NCBI GenBank assembly: GCA_964624275.1
Contig: CAZUXP010000002.1
Span: forward strand, 497 to 64,496
Length of the DNA: 64,000 nt
Origin: an uncultured Methanosarcinales archaeon
Lineage (GTDB): Archaea > Nanobdellota > Nanobdellia > Woesearchaeales > DATGWN01
Direction of reading: 5' to 3'
Below, in pieces: positions 42,422 to 53,042 of this stretch. Under the pieces are notes generated by a model. The model had not been told where the DNA came from, did no database searches, and saw only the letters and a program-made list of their open reading frames with translations. The translations under genes were made by a program, and so were the position numbers. Every line of letters begins with the position of its first letter. Position 1 is the first letter of the stretch.

Positions 42422-45400
42422 TTACTTAGTACCTTTTATTCGAGTGAAAGCACGTTCGATATCATCTTTGCTCCATTCTGTTGTTAATAAAAATTCTCGA
42501 AGACGTTTTTCACTAATACCTTTTTGCAATTCTCGTTTCATATACGCGGTTAGTTGCGGATATGGATCTTGGGATAATGAAACACTAATCGGTGGTTGGT
42601 TTTGTTTAGAAACAGTCTTCTTGCTTTTCTTTGAAATTACAACAGTTGCACCAACAATACCAACAATCATGAATATTCCGACAAGCACTATTAAAACATT
42701 AAATGAAGAGATAATTCTTGATAAAATGGAAGAATCTGTTTGTTCATCTTCAGTTTCATCTTCAGTTTCTGACTGAGGAGGTTGTTGAGGTCTTGGAGTT
42801 GGTGTTGATTGATTCGATAATGATTCTTCTTGTGTTGTATTCTCAACATCTTCATCAGTTTCTTCTGATTGTGAAGGAGGAGGAATTGAGACGCTTCCAC
42901 TTGAACCGCTTCCAGGACTACCACTACCCGGACTACCGCCAGGACTACTTGTTGTACAACTCTGCGTTGTACTAGGTTTATTCGTTGTTAGCCCACAACT
43001 ATTTAGATCTACAACTGTTCGTGTCTGTGTTGAACCTGAACAACTACCCCACGAACCAACTTGCCAATCAACTGTACACATCTGAGTTACCCCTGAATAT
43101 GTTAAACCTGAAATATTGTATAATGTCGAACTACTATTTGTAATGGTGTATTGACTTGGAATTGTTGAAGAATCGTTTAATACTACATAATATTCATTTG
43201 CTGCATCACAATTTGCTGAAAACTGTGATATTGAGGTAAATGATGCATCTTTAATACAAATACTATTATGTTTTGTTAAATCACCAGTTAAATTGATAAA
43301 CAATGATTTAGTCACACCCGAACTTAATTGTAAACCTTTCACAAAAATGCTTGCTTTATTTTCTTTTTGACTTGATTGTAATATTATTCTTGTAAGATTC
43401 AAAGGAGATTGACTTAAATTATCACTATATGAAACAAGTGGTGTATTTGAAGATGATTTTATTTGAACGCTTACTGGATTTTGCGAAGTATTCTGAGTCA
43501 AATTATCACTTCCATTGACAAAAATCATAATATCTTCCTGATTTGTTGCAACATTAGTTGTATTTCCAACAATCGTACCCTCTGTATTTTGACTTATTTG
43601 TTGTGAGTCTAAACTTACATTTACTTGTACTGTTGTTTGATTCACAAATCCAAATCTATCTTCAGCACTAAATGTAATATTAAATACTCCATATTCTAAA
43701 ATATATACTGAACCTAATAACGTGTCACTTGTTATAAATTCACTTGCATCAATTGTTGTACTCCCTATCATATATGATGCATCCGTAATATTCCTATTAT
43801 ATGAAATATTTATTGGAATTTCAAGTTTTGTAATATTTTGATGAGTTGAGTTTGGTTGATCAAATAACGTGTATTGTAATGGCGTTGTATTAATAAAAAT
43901 CTCGTGTGATGCAGAACTCACCCCTACACTATTATTCGCATAAAATATTAATTCATATTCACCATCAGATAAATTAATTACTGTTGGTGCAGTATAGGTT
44001 TGATTATTCGTTGTATTGTAAAAATAGAGTGTGTCTGCATCATCTGCTTCAAACTCAATAAGTATTTGATTCGTGCCATAGTATGAATTATTTAATGGAC
44101 TTATTACAGTGATATTCGGCTTTGAACTTGGTAAAGGAGTTGTTTCATTTATTTTAACACTAAAAGTCCTATTTTGAGATATCGTTTCATTTAAAGTATT
44201 GTTAACCCAAAATGTTAACGTATGTGTTTTATTATTCGCAAATGTGATTAGTTGTGAAAGCGAACTGTTTTGTACAATTCCCAATACATCATTTGTTTCA
44301 TTTGTTACCCACATATACGAAACATTTTCGGATGAGGAATCAAGCGCAGTTGCATTTACCCAGATACTTGTCGTATTATATGTTATATTTAATGGACTAT
44401 TGATTATTAAATCCATACCATTAAAATCCACAGTAATATTAAATGAAGTCCAATTTATATTTCCCGCTTCATCGGTTGCAGTAAAATTAAGTGTGTAATT
44501 ACCATTTGCCAAAATATGGTTAAATGATTCATTGTAAACTAATGTTGTACCATTTCCAAGATTAATTTGCCTTAAAATGTTTTGCGGTAATGAAACATCA
44601 TCACTTACACTAATATTAAATAGTACATTTTTTGTTGTATTAAATACTTCATTTTCTTGTGGACTATGAACAGTAAGATTTGGTTTGATTGAATCTTGCA
44701 CATATGTTACATTAATTTTAATTATGTTTGTATTATTTACCGAATCATTTGCATATAATGTGATTTCATAAGGCGTATTCAAAACTAAATTTGTTAAATT
44801 AAAAATGAGCGTTTCATTATCAGTCGAATTAAAAGGACCAAACTCTCCTGTTTTATTTGTTGTTGCCCAAAATCGAGAAACATCAGATAAACCAGTTTTA
44901 ACTGAATTTGAAAATGCGGTTACATTAATCGTAACATTTTCAGTATATACAATTGAATCAGGCGATAATATTGTTATATTAGGTGCTTTTCTATCAAAAT
45001 AAAATTCAACTAATTCGTTTGAGATTAAACCTTCCGTATCATTTGCAAAAAATTCAATCTCATATTTTTTATCTTGTGTGAATGTCCGCATTACAACAAA
45101 ATCAGGTTCGCTAATATTGTATGGTTTTATATCTTGTGGAACATATGAAACACCGCCTATTTCAAACCATAAATGTGAAACATTCACAAATAAATCTGTT
45201 GCAGTAAAATTAATTAATAATTGGCCATTTGCATTCGTATATATTTTTTCGCTAATTGGACCAGATATATTTAAAATAGGAGGCGCAGTATTATCCGTAT
45301 TAATTCCAAAAAAAAGAGTTTGAGTTGATGAACGATTGTTTGTGTCTGTTACATTTATTTGAACCTTATAAGATGTTTGATTTGCCAATGTTATAGAATC

Positions 45401-48400
45401 ATTCGTATAACTATATAACGCGGGAATCGCTGAATCATTTATGTGTAAATTTGAAGAAATATTACTCGCATTTTTTAATATTTGTGAATGAATGATTGTG
45501 TTATTATTCGCATAAAACAGTTCATAACTTATATACGATAAATTAAATCTATCACTTGTTGAAAAATTTAACAACAGTGTTGTTTCATTATAGTTAACAT
45601 TATTTTGTGGATTATAAATTGTAATTATTGGATCAAATAAATCAATTGTTACATTGACAGTTGTTGCGTTCCAATTTCCTGCTGCATCAGTTGCATTGAC
45701 TTGAAAATAATGAATTCCTTCCGGTATGCCTGTGAAAATAGGATTTGAATTCGCACAATCAACTGAACCAAAACCAACTCTTGTACATTCAACTGTTAAA
45801 TCACTTTCATTGCGATTATCCGAGACATTTACTCCCATCATAACACTATTCACAAAAATAAGCGTGCTATTTGGTTGTAATATTTCCACAAAAGGTTTTT
45901 GCGTATCAGGCAATTCAATCTTAAAACTTTTACTCAAATTATAGACATTATTTGTCGTATCGTTCACGTAAATTGTGATATTATGATTCATTACTTCTAA
46001 TCCATTCATCAAATCAGTTAAATTATATGTTTTATTTAATAAAAACTCATTAGAACCATAAGCCATATCATTTACTGTTGTATTCGTCTCATTCCCATCA
46101 AAATAATACCAAACATGTGAGATATTAATATTATCTGTAATATTTGCGATAATTGACACATTTGATGTATTGAAAACAGGAGTGATTTGTGATAATTCAT
46201 CTAACAACGTTATTTGAGGCTTTGTCGTATCTACTGTAAACGAAACGGTCTCCTCTGTACTCTTATCAAATTGATCACGAACAACAAATGTTTTTGTATA
46301 TATACCATCTGCTAACTCTGAAAAATCATTTGTACAACTAAAATTTTGTTGGTTTATATTTTGACATAATGCAACACTGTCTTCTTTTATACGAACGCTT
46401 TTTAATAACGTATTATCACTGACATTTATGATAATTGATATATCTTCAGTATTATAAAACCCATTTTGAATTGGCGAGATTACATCGATATTCGGTTTAT
46501 TCGTACTCATATTTATAACACGAAAGAACAGTGATTTATTTTGTAGCCATCCATTACTATCATACGCTAAAATTGAAATATTTAATAATTCTTCATCAAA
46601 CTCATTAAAATCTTCTGTAAATGAAAATGAAACTGTATCATTAATTATTGAATCGTTATAATACAAAATCGGATTTGTTATTGAAGTCTTACCTGTAAGA
46701 TTATTATTCAAAAAAACAGTTACATTTGTTAAATTAAAATCATCAAAAATAGTTATATTTATGTTTTGAGCTGTTTTATCAGTGTAATTTTGATTTTGAT
46801 TTGGAGAATGAATAGTTACTACTGGTTTTGTAACATCAACAGTGAAATTTAAAAGTTTATGAGATGTTCTATTTAAATCATCAATTGCAGTAACATTAAT
46901 TTGATATTCACCATCTGTAAAAACGTTTGGAAATGAATTAACGGTATAAGTATCGTCATTAACTAATATATTTGTATTGGCAACAACATTTGTATTATTC
47001 CATAAATTTTGTATTGTATATGAAACTAACGAAATTTGATAGTTATCTGTTACTGTTAAATTTAAAAAGATTGTACTATTTTTGTAAACTTTTTCTAATG
47101 GATTTGATATAGTAATTATCGGTTCATTTGTATTTGGATCATATGCCCGAAATTCTCGTTGCGCAAATAATTTATTTCCATTTACATCATAGGCAGTAAT
47201 GTTTATTCGTAATGGAAAAGCATCAAATCGCGACAGATTTACATTTGAAATATTCCAAAATTCAGTACTGCTTTCTCCAAAAGAAATCGAATTATTTTCA
47301 GGAGTTATATTCTTTTCGGGAGTATAAATAACATATGTTGCATTTTTAACACCAAACATATCTTCAAACGTTAAATTAATGTCTATTTGTGTCGTATTAA
47401 ATAATTGACTTTCATTTATGGAAGTTATATTTACCGTTGGTGGTGTTTCATCTATTGAAAATGTAAAATTCTGTGAGCCTTCATCACCAAAAACATCTAC
47501 CGCAGTTACAAATAGTGTATATGCGCCATCACCTTGCGTAATTTCTGTTTGAACATTTGGCCATAATTCTTGTTTTTCATCGCCAACAACATTTGTATTT
47601 GTTGAAATAACTGTATTATTAGTATGTACATCTTTAACCAAATAACTAATTTCATCTATATAACCTTTACCAGTTACATTGAATAAGAATGTAATGTTCC
47701 GATTTCCAGTTACATTTTGGTTCGGACTTAAAATCGTTACATTTGGAGGATTTAATCCAGGTTGATATGGCGTAAATGAAATAGTTTGTGTATTTTTATT
47801 CCCACTGATATCATATGACTCAACTGTGATGTTTACAACTTCTTTATCAAAAACTGTAAAATCAAAATCTGTTATATTCCAATAAACCTGCTCAACAGGG
47901 TTTGTAAAATTTCCAATTGATTCATTTGTTTGGTTTAACACACCATTTATGTATAATGATGCATTTTTTATACTTACTTCATCAAACAAACTCATATTTA
48001 TATTCAAAATTGTTGTATTATACTCTTGAGCATCTACTGGAAATAAAATGTCAATAGCAGGTGGCGTTGTATCAACTGTAAAATTCACAGTCGCATTACT
48101 TATTTTCCCAAAAGAATCATTAACCTGAAATGTTTCAGAATAAAAACCATCAGATACACTTGATAAGATAATATCACATAGTTTTGTTTTCAATTCATTA
48201 CCTTCACAAAAAGGACTTGGCGCTATTGATAAATTACCGCTCAGCCAAATAACTTTATCTATACCTGATTTATCACTCACATTAATCTGGAAATCAACCG
48301 AAGAACTATTAACTAAATTTTCAGGTTTAATAATAGTTATATTTGGATGTCCTACCGATGGATCAATAACACTAAAATTAACGGAATTTGTAAATGTATT

Positions 48401-49582
48401 ATTTGCAACATCAATTGCAACAAAAGTTATAAGTGTAAATTCTTCATCAGTAAATTCACTCCATTTCGTAACATTACTTTCACTTTGATTTATAACAAAC
48501 CCATCAGATACTGTAAAATTGTACCGGTCTGATTGATTATTATTAAGATAGTAGTATAACTTGTTTACCCCATTTAAATCATTTGCACTTATATTAAGCG
48601 TAACATTCGTATCGTTATATGCTGTTGAAAATGTATTATTTTCTGGTGAAAAAACAGTTATTGTTGGTTTTGTCGTATCTATTGTAAAATAATGAGTTAA
48701 ATTTGTCTTTAAACCTGCATTATTTTCAGCAAAAAAAGTTATGTTTTTTTGTCCATCAATTTCATATGCAACAGTGGTTTCATTCGTATTATTTGTTAAA
48801 ACATCAGAACCTACTGAAGTTTGAAATGAAAATGACTTGACATTTGATTCACTATCATTAATTGAGAATAAAATTGGAATGGTAAATATATTAAAATACG
48901 AATTGTTTTTTGGACTTGTTATATTAAAAATAGGTGGAGTGTCATCTTGAATGACTGTGAATATAACCGTTTGTGAATCATCTAAACCAACCGTATCATT
49001 TGTAGATACTGTTAGATTGTATTGGTTGGAGGGACTTACAAATGATCTATTAAATATCCAAGTATAAGACGTATTTGTTTGCATTTGTAATGAGTCATCG
49101 TCTATTGAAGCCCCACCAACAATACCTAACGTATACCAAAAGGTATGTAATCGAACATTATCATTTGCAAATAATTCAAAACTTATATTATCCTGCGTAA
49201 GATTTGTAATGTAATATGTTTTATTCAATGGAGCTGTTATGTTTACTTCTGGCGGTTGGGTGTCAACGGTAAAAGAAGCAGTAAATATATTTGATATCCC
49301 GCTAGTTGAATTTGTTGCATTAACTGTTATAATCCGAATACCATCTCCTAATATCGTATTATTAAAATAATTTTGGTCAGTAAAACTATCACTAAAATCA
49401 CCACCAAATGAAACAGTGTAACTCGTTGCATTTGCAACGGTAAAATTAACCAAAATAGTATTATAATTAAAAATATCACTATCTTGCGGGCTATGAAAAA
49501 TAACAGACGGAGACGCAAAAACTGTTGAAAGAAAAATCAAACAAAATAACAGAAATACAAATCTCTTTAATTCTTTGTGCAT
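42422..49582 (-). CDS. giant cell-surface protein: signal peptide, about 20 tandem Ig-like beta-sandwich domains, C-terminal TM anchor (S-layer/adhesin candidate)
   Basis: 2386 aa. Cleavable signal peptide (VFA|SP); recurrent ~100-aa modules starting D-T-T/K-P-P-x-I-x-I-x-S-P-x-N-x-x-Y. Very many N-x-S/T sequons. S/P/G linker, acidic TEDETEDE stretch, a single TM (LIVLVGIFMIVGIVGATVVI) and a ~80-aa cytoplasmic tail. Confidence 0.8.
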   Translation of the reverse strand: MHKELKRFVFLLFCLIFLSTVFASPSVIFHSPQDSDIFNYNTILVNFTVANATSYTVSFGGDFSDSFTDQNYFNNTILGDGIRIITVNATNSTSGISNIFTASFTVDTQPPEVNITAPLNKTYYITNLTQDNISFELFANDNVRLHTFWYTLGIVGGASIDDDSLQMQTNTSYTWIFNRSFVSPSNQYNLTVSTNDTVGLDDSQTVIFTVIQDDTPPIFNITSPKNNSYFNIFTIPILFSINDSESNVKSFSFQTSVGSDVLTNNTNETTVAYEIDGQKNITFFAENNAGLKTNLTHYFTIDTTKPTITVFSPENNTFSTAYNDTNVTLNISANDLNGVNKLYYYLNNNQSDRYNFTVSDGFVINQSESNVTKWSEFTDEEFTLITFVAIDVANNTFTNSVNFSVIDPSVGHPNITIIKPENLVNSSSVDFQINVSDKSGIDKVIWLSGNLSIAPSPFCEGNELKTKLCDIILSSVSDGFYSETFQVNDSFGKISNATVNFTVDTTPPAIDILFPVDAQEYNTTILNINMSLFDEVSIKNASLYINGVLNQTNESIGNFTNPVEQVYWNITDFDFTVFDKEVVNITVESYDISGNKNTQTISFTPYQPGLNPPNVTILSPNQNVTGNRNITFLFNVTGKGYIDEISYLVKDVHTNNTVISTNTNVVGDEKQELWPNVQTEITQGDGAYTLFVTAVDVFGDEGSQNFTFSIDETPPTVNITSINESQLFNTTQIDINLTFEDMFGVKNATYVIYTPEKNITPENNSISFGESSTEFWNISNVNLSRFDAFPLRINITAYDVNGNKLFAQREFRAYDPNTNEPIITISNPLEKVYKNSTIFLNLTVTDNYQISLVSYTIQNLWNNTNVVANTNILVNDDTYTVNSFPNVFTDGEYQINVTAIDDLNRTSHKLLNFTVDVTKPVVTIHSPNQNQNYTDKTAQNINITIFDDFNLTNVTVFLNNNLTGKTSITNPILYYNDSIINDTVSFSFTEDFNEFDEELLNISILAYDSNGWLQNKSLFFRVINMSTNKPNIDVISPIQNGFYNTEDISIIINVSDNTLLKSVRIKEDSVALCQNINQQNFSCTNDFSELADGIYTKTFVVRDQFDKSTEETVSFTVDTTKPQITLLDELSQITPVFNTSNVSIIANITDNINISHVWYYFDGNETNTTVNDMAYGSNEFLLNKTYNLTDLMNGLEVMNHNITIYVNDTTNNVYNLSKSFKIELPDTQKPFVEILQPNSTLIFVNSVMMGVNVSDNRNESDLTVECTRVGFGSVDCANSNPIFTGIPEGIHYFQVNATDAAGNWNATTVNVTIDLFDPIITIYNPQNNVNYNETTLLLNFSTSDRFNLSYISYELFYANNNTIIHSQILKNASNISSNLHINDSAIPALYSYTNDSITLANQTSYKVQINVTDTNNRSSTQTLFFGINTDNTAPPILNISGPISEKIYTNANGQLLINFTATDLFVNVSHLWFEIGGVSYVPQDIKPYNISEPDFVVMRTFTQDKKYEIEFFANDTEGLISNELVEFYFDRKAPNITILSPDSIVYTENVTINVTAFSNSVKTGLSDVSRFWATTNKTGEFGPFNSTDNETLIFNLTNLVLNTPYEITLYANDSVNNTNIIKINVTYVQDSIKPNLTVHSPQENEVFNTTKNVLFNISVSDDVSLPQNILRQINLGNGTTLVYNESFNHILANGNYTLNFTATDEAGNINWTSFNITVDFNGMDLIINSPLNITYNTTSIWVNATALDSSSENVSYMWVTNETNDVLGIVQNSSLSQLITFANNKTHTLTFWVNNTLNETISQNRTFSVKINETTPLPSSKPNITVISPLNNSYYGTNQILIEFEADDADTLYFYNTTNNQTYTAPTVINLSDGEYELIFYANNSVGVSSASHEIFINTTPLQYTLFDQPNSTHQNITKLEIPINISYNRNITDASYMIGSTTIDASEFITSDTLLGSVYILEYGVFNITFSAEDRFGFVNQTTVQVNVSLDSQQISQNTEGTIVGNTTNVATNQEDIMIFVNGSDNLTQNTSQNPVSVQIKSSSNTPLVSYSDNLSQSPLNLTRIILQSSQKENKASIFVKGLQLSSGVTKSLFINLTGDLTKHNSICIKDASFTSISQFSANCDAANEYYVVLNDSSTIPSQYTITNSSSTLYNISGLTYSGVTQMCTVDWQVGSWGSCSGSTQTRTVVDLNSCGLTTNKPSTTQSCTTSSPGGSPGSGSPGSGSSGSVSIPPPSQSEETDEDVENTTQEESLSNQSTPTPRPQQPPQSETEDETEDEQTDSSILSRIISSFNVLIVLVGIFMIVGIVGATVVISKKSKKTVSKQNQPPISVSLSQDPYPQLTAYMKRELQKGISEKRLREFLLTTEWSKDDIERAFTRIKGTK

Positions 49583-49659
49583 TTGATAACCCCTAGGTAT
49601 ATTTAAGAGCTGTTTTATTTATAAATATGTCGATTTTTGTCGACTCAAAATACTTAAAT

Positions 49660-50646
49660 TTAATCTTCTAGATTCTTTAAATGTTGGCGAAACTCTTTAC
49701 TTTTAGTTATTTTGTTTAAAAGTTCATTAGATTCAATAAATATACCAGGATATTCTTTTACAAACTCCGCAACATCAATTTTTGATAAAATATCAGTTTT
49801 AGATAAATACACGTAAGTTTTTTTCTCAAGTTTGAGTGTTTTTTCATACAATTTTTTTTGTGTTTCAATATCAACAGCGTTATCTAAATCAAAGACAAAG
49901 ACAAATGCGTTTGCAACATGTTTCATCGCCAAATACGCTTGTTTTTCGATATTATTCATTTTGTCTAAGCGATTTAGAGTTCCAGGGGTATCAATAAATT
50001 GTATTTTTTGATAATTATATTCAGCATATCCTAAATTTAATGATTTAGACGTAAACGCATAATCAGCAACTTTTGCTTTTGCACCAGTCATCGTGTTTAA
50101 CAATGTTGATTTACCTACGTTTGGAAAACCAACTAAACAAATTGTAAAAATATTGCTTTTTATAACAGGAAATTGCCGAAATGTTCGTCTTGCCTCCTCC
50201 AAATACGCTAAATGCTCACGTAATTGTTTACAGACTGACGCGCAACGACCCATATATCTTTTATGATGCATTAACACATCACTTGATGTTTTACTTGAAT
50301 ACAATTTTCGATTTGTCACTTCACTAAATTCAGAAATTTTTTGTAAACCCCACACAAGTGCACCAAATGAACGTTTTAAATACGAATAATCAAGTGTTAA
50401 TTTTGTGAGTTCTAGATAAAATGGAGTTAGTTCATCTAATTTTGGAAAACTGCTTAAAATGTTTTGAAACTGTTTTGTCAAAACATCATGCATCATTCGT
50501 ACCTTTACTCCTGCTTTTTTTTTGTTTCGCAAAAGAGCATCTCGAACAGTAATGTTTTTCTTATCACATTCTTCTCGAGCTCGACGAATAGCTAACTCTA
50601 AGTAAAACGAATCAGATTCAATTTTTCCCATATCTGCAAAACTCAT
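49660..50646 (-). CDS. NOG1-family GTP-binding protein
   Basis: NOG1 N-domain followed by the G domain (GFPNVGKSTLLN, DTPG). Confidence 0.8.
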   Translation of the reverse strand: MSFADMGKIESDSFYLELAIRRAREECDKKNITVRDALLRNKKKAGVKVRMMHDVLTKQFQNILSSFPKLDELTPFYLELTKLTLDYSYLKRSFGALVWGLQKISEFSEVTNRKLYSSKTSSDVLMHHKRYMGRCASVCKQLREHLAYLEEARRTFRQFPVIKSNIFTICLVGFPNVGKSTLLNTMTGAKAKVADYAFTSKSLNLGYAEYNYQKIQFIDTPGTLNRLDKMNNIEKQAYLAMKHVANAFVFVFDLDNAVDIETQKKLYEKTLKLEKKTYVYLSKTDILSKIDVAEFVKEYPGIFIESNELLNKITKSKEFRQHLKNLED

Positions 50647-51299
50647 TTTTTACACACATAAAACGCATGATCCAATTCAAATGGATCTAATGTACGTTGA
50701 TCAACTATTTTCATCTTTGTTTCAATATGAATTTTTGATTCTGCAAAAATCACTTTTGGTTTTTTAGTAATATCAATTGAACGAGATTTAAGTGCTAATA
50801 ATCCAAAACCAGTGTCTTTGAGATACGCCTCACAATTTTTTAAAAAAATTTCGACTTGATTTGGTTGGGCAATGTCCATAAATACAACATCAACTTGCTC
50901 CAAAAACTGTGAATAACTTAATGGATTTGAAGCACTTGCATAAATTGAAATAATATTGTTTCTTCTTTGGCTTACAAATGCCATTTCTCGCAAAACTCTT
51001 GGCGCAACATCTAATGCATACACACGACCATCTTTACCCACAATATCTGAAACGTGTGAAACTGTTGTTCCTGTTGAACAACCTAAATATAAAACCGTGC
51101 TTGCAGGTTTAATACCAATTTGCGAAACGCCTTTTTTAAGTGCAGCACCTAATTTACTTCTTTTTGGATCCCATTGGCGAAATTCATGTCCGTCTCGTTT
51201 AAGTAATCTTTCACCATATATACAAACACCTGGAACTAAGTTTTTAGTAAAAAGCCATCCTTTATCTTCATAAATTCCTTGTAACCTTGTTTGTTTCAT
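50643..51299 (-). CDS. flpA: fibrillarin-like rRNA/tRNA 2'-O-methyltransferase
   Basis: FRQWDPKRSKLGAA, VLYLGCSTGTTVSHVSDIVG, VYALDVAPR and DVVFMDIAQPNQ. Confidence 0.9.
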   Translation of the reverse strand: MKQTRLQGIYEDKGWLFTKNLVPGVCIYGERLLKRDGHEFRQWDPKRSKLGAALKKGVSQIGIKPASTVLYLGCSTGTTVSHVSDIVGKDGRVYALDVAPRVLREMAFVSQRRNNIISIYASASNPLSYSQFLEQVDVVFMDIAQPNQVEIFLKNCEAYLKDTGFGLLALKSRSIDITKKPKVIFAESKIHIETKMKIVDQRTLDPFELDHAFYVCKK

Positions 51300-52291
51300 T
51301 TTGAGACTCCTTCGATTTTTTGTATGAATTTTGTGGAATCAAAATCTGTACTTTTAAAATAATCAGATTTAATTGCAAGTGACAAGGTATTTGCAAACAT
51401 TCGTGCAACACGACCACGATTGCTTGGTTTTGCATTACTCACAAATTTGTGTTGAAACAAAATTCCATATTTAGGAGGTTTTGCCCCTGTTTTTAAATGT
51501 CTAAACAATGCTTTTTCCGCACCTAAGACTTGTATTGTTGACGACGTCATTTTTGTTAATCGTGAAAAACTACCAGCCATCGCAAGTAATTTCCCACCTA
51601 TTTGTGAACCTGCGATTTCAGTGAAATATGGAGCATGTTCGAGCATTTTTTTTTCAACATACAATTTAAGTTTTTCTTGTTCATCAATAAGATTTTTTAT
51701 AGAAGTACATAAGGATTGAATCGTTTGTTCATCCTCTAATTCAAATGATTGTCCAAGCGAAATGTTTTCATATAATCTACTTTTTTCAAGGAGTTGTGTA
51801 TATCCTTTTGTTGCAACTGCCGAATCTGTTTATTCATGCGAAGAAATTTTTTTGGAAAATTCAGGTAATTGCCATTAAAACCATACTCGAACCCGTATTG
51901 TAAATAAAGTAATCGATTTTGGAATCTCATCAACTGTTCGAACTGCTTGACACACATGTAAGTCCCACGTCACATACTCTTGAAGTTTCTGTGCAACATG
52001 TGCATATGCAAATGTTTTTGTTTTTGAAAAATTGGGGGGTTGGACTTTACTCAAAATTTTTCGTAAAATTGATAAATCTATTAAATTCGAAAAACCTTGA
52101 TCTTTATAGTTACAAAAATACACTTTTGCATCAGAAAATGATTCAAATAATATTTTTTCAGTCTTACTTACTTTCTGTTGAGCTATCTGCAAAACATCAC
52201 TTTCTGATAATTTCTGTGACTGTAATAATTGTAATTGATCATCAAATACGTACACAGTATCAACAGTTGCATATAAGTATCGAACATTCAT
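51296..52291 (-). pseudogene. nop5: Nop5 (Nop56/58) C/D-box snoRNP protein, reading frame interrupted twice
   Basis: NOP domain (APYF..IAGSQIGGKLLAMAGSFSRL...VLGAEKALFRHL...PKYGILFQH) and N-domain are in different frames, joined by a third frame carrying the ...FPKKF... middle segment. T6 and T7 runs lie at the junction region. Could be a sequencing artefact. Confidence 0.55.
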
Positions 52292-52388
52292 ACATTATGA
52301 GACTATGGGGTATTTATAAAAGTTGATGTTTTACTGGTTCAGTACGCAAAATCTGGTCCCATATTTTCTCCTATAATTTAAGAATAAA

Positions 52389-53039
52389 TTAATTTACGAA
52401 ACTAAATTTAGGAAAACGTGCTAATACTGCTTGTTGATCAAGTATTGAACTTTTTAATTTTGCAACATCAGTATGCACAAAACTAGCATCAGTTTGCAAT
52501 TTAAAGCTTATTTTTTGCACTAAGAGAAGTTGGCGATCTAATACATCAAATAAATTCTTTTTTTGAAAAATCGCATCAACTGATTGTTGAAATTGTTGAT
52601 AATCCTTATATGCGTCTTCATAATACCTTGTTTGAGAGATAATTGCATATTCTTCTAATGGAGTAAAAATTGACCCAAAATGTTGTTTAACAAAAAATGC
52701 GTTTTTTTGGACAAACTCTTTTTCTTCTTCATGTAATTCGCGTTTTTCAATAGTATGGATGAGAGTTGGTTTTTGAAATTGAAGGTTTTGAAGTAGTGGT
52801 TTTTCTTTCGTCAAAATAAGATTACCTAAATTTCTAATTTGGTTATCCAATTGGAAAACTTGTTGAAAGTGTAAACTATCAATAATACTTTTTTTCATAC
52901 TTAAAACAGGATGGTGTTCAAATATTCGCTGAATGTGTTGAAGTTGATCCATATACTGTAAATCAAACTCCGGATGGATATGGTTTAAATGCATAAATGT
53001 ATTTATGTTATTCTTATTTATAAAAGTTGATGTTTTCAA
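52389..53039 (-). CDS. hypothetical protein
   Basis: 216-aa ORF with no motif; lies between the S2P and nop5 genes. Confidence 0.4.
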   Translation of the reverse strand: MKTSTFINKNNINTFMHLNHIHPEFDLQYMDQLQHIQRIFEHHPVLSMKKSIIDSLHFQQVFQLDNQIRNLGNLILTKEKPLLQNLQFQKPTLIHTIEKRELHEEEKEFVQKNAFFVKQHFGSIFTPLEEYAIISQTRYYEDAYKDYQQFQQSVDAIFQKKNLFDVLDRQLLLVQKISFKLQTDASFVHTDVAKLKSSILDQQAVLARFPKFSFVN

Positions 53040-53042
53040 AGA

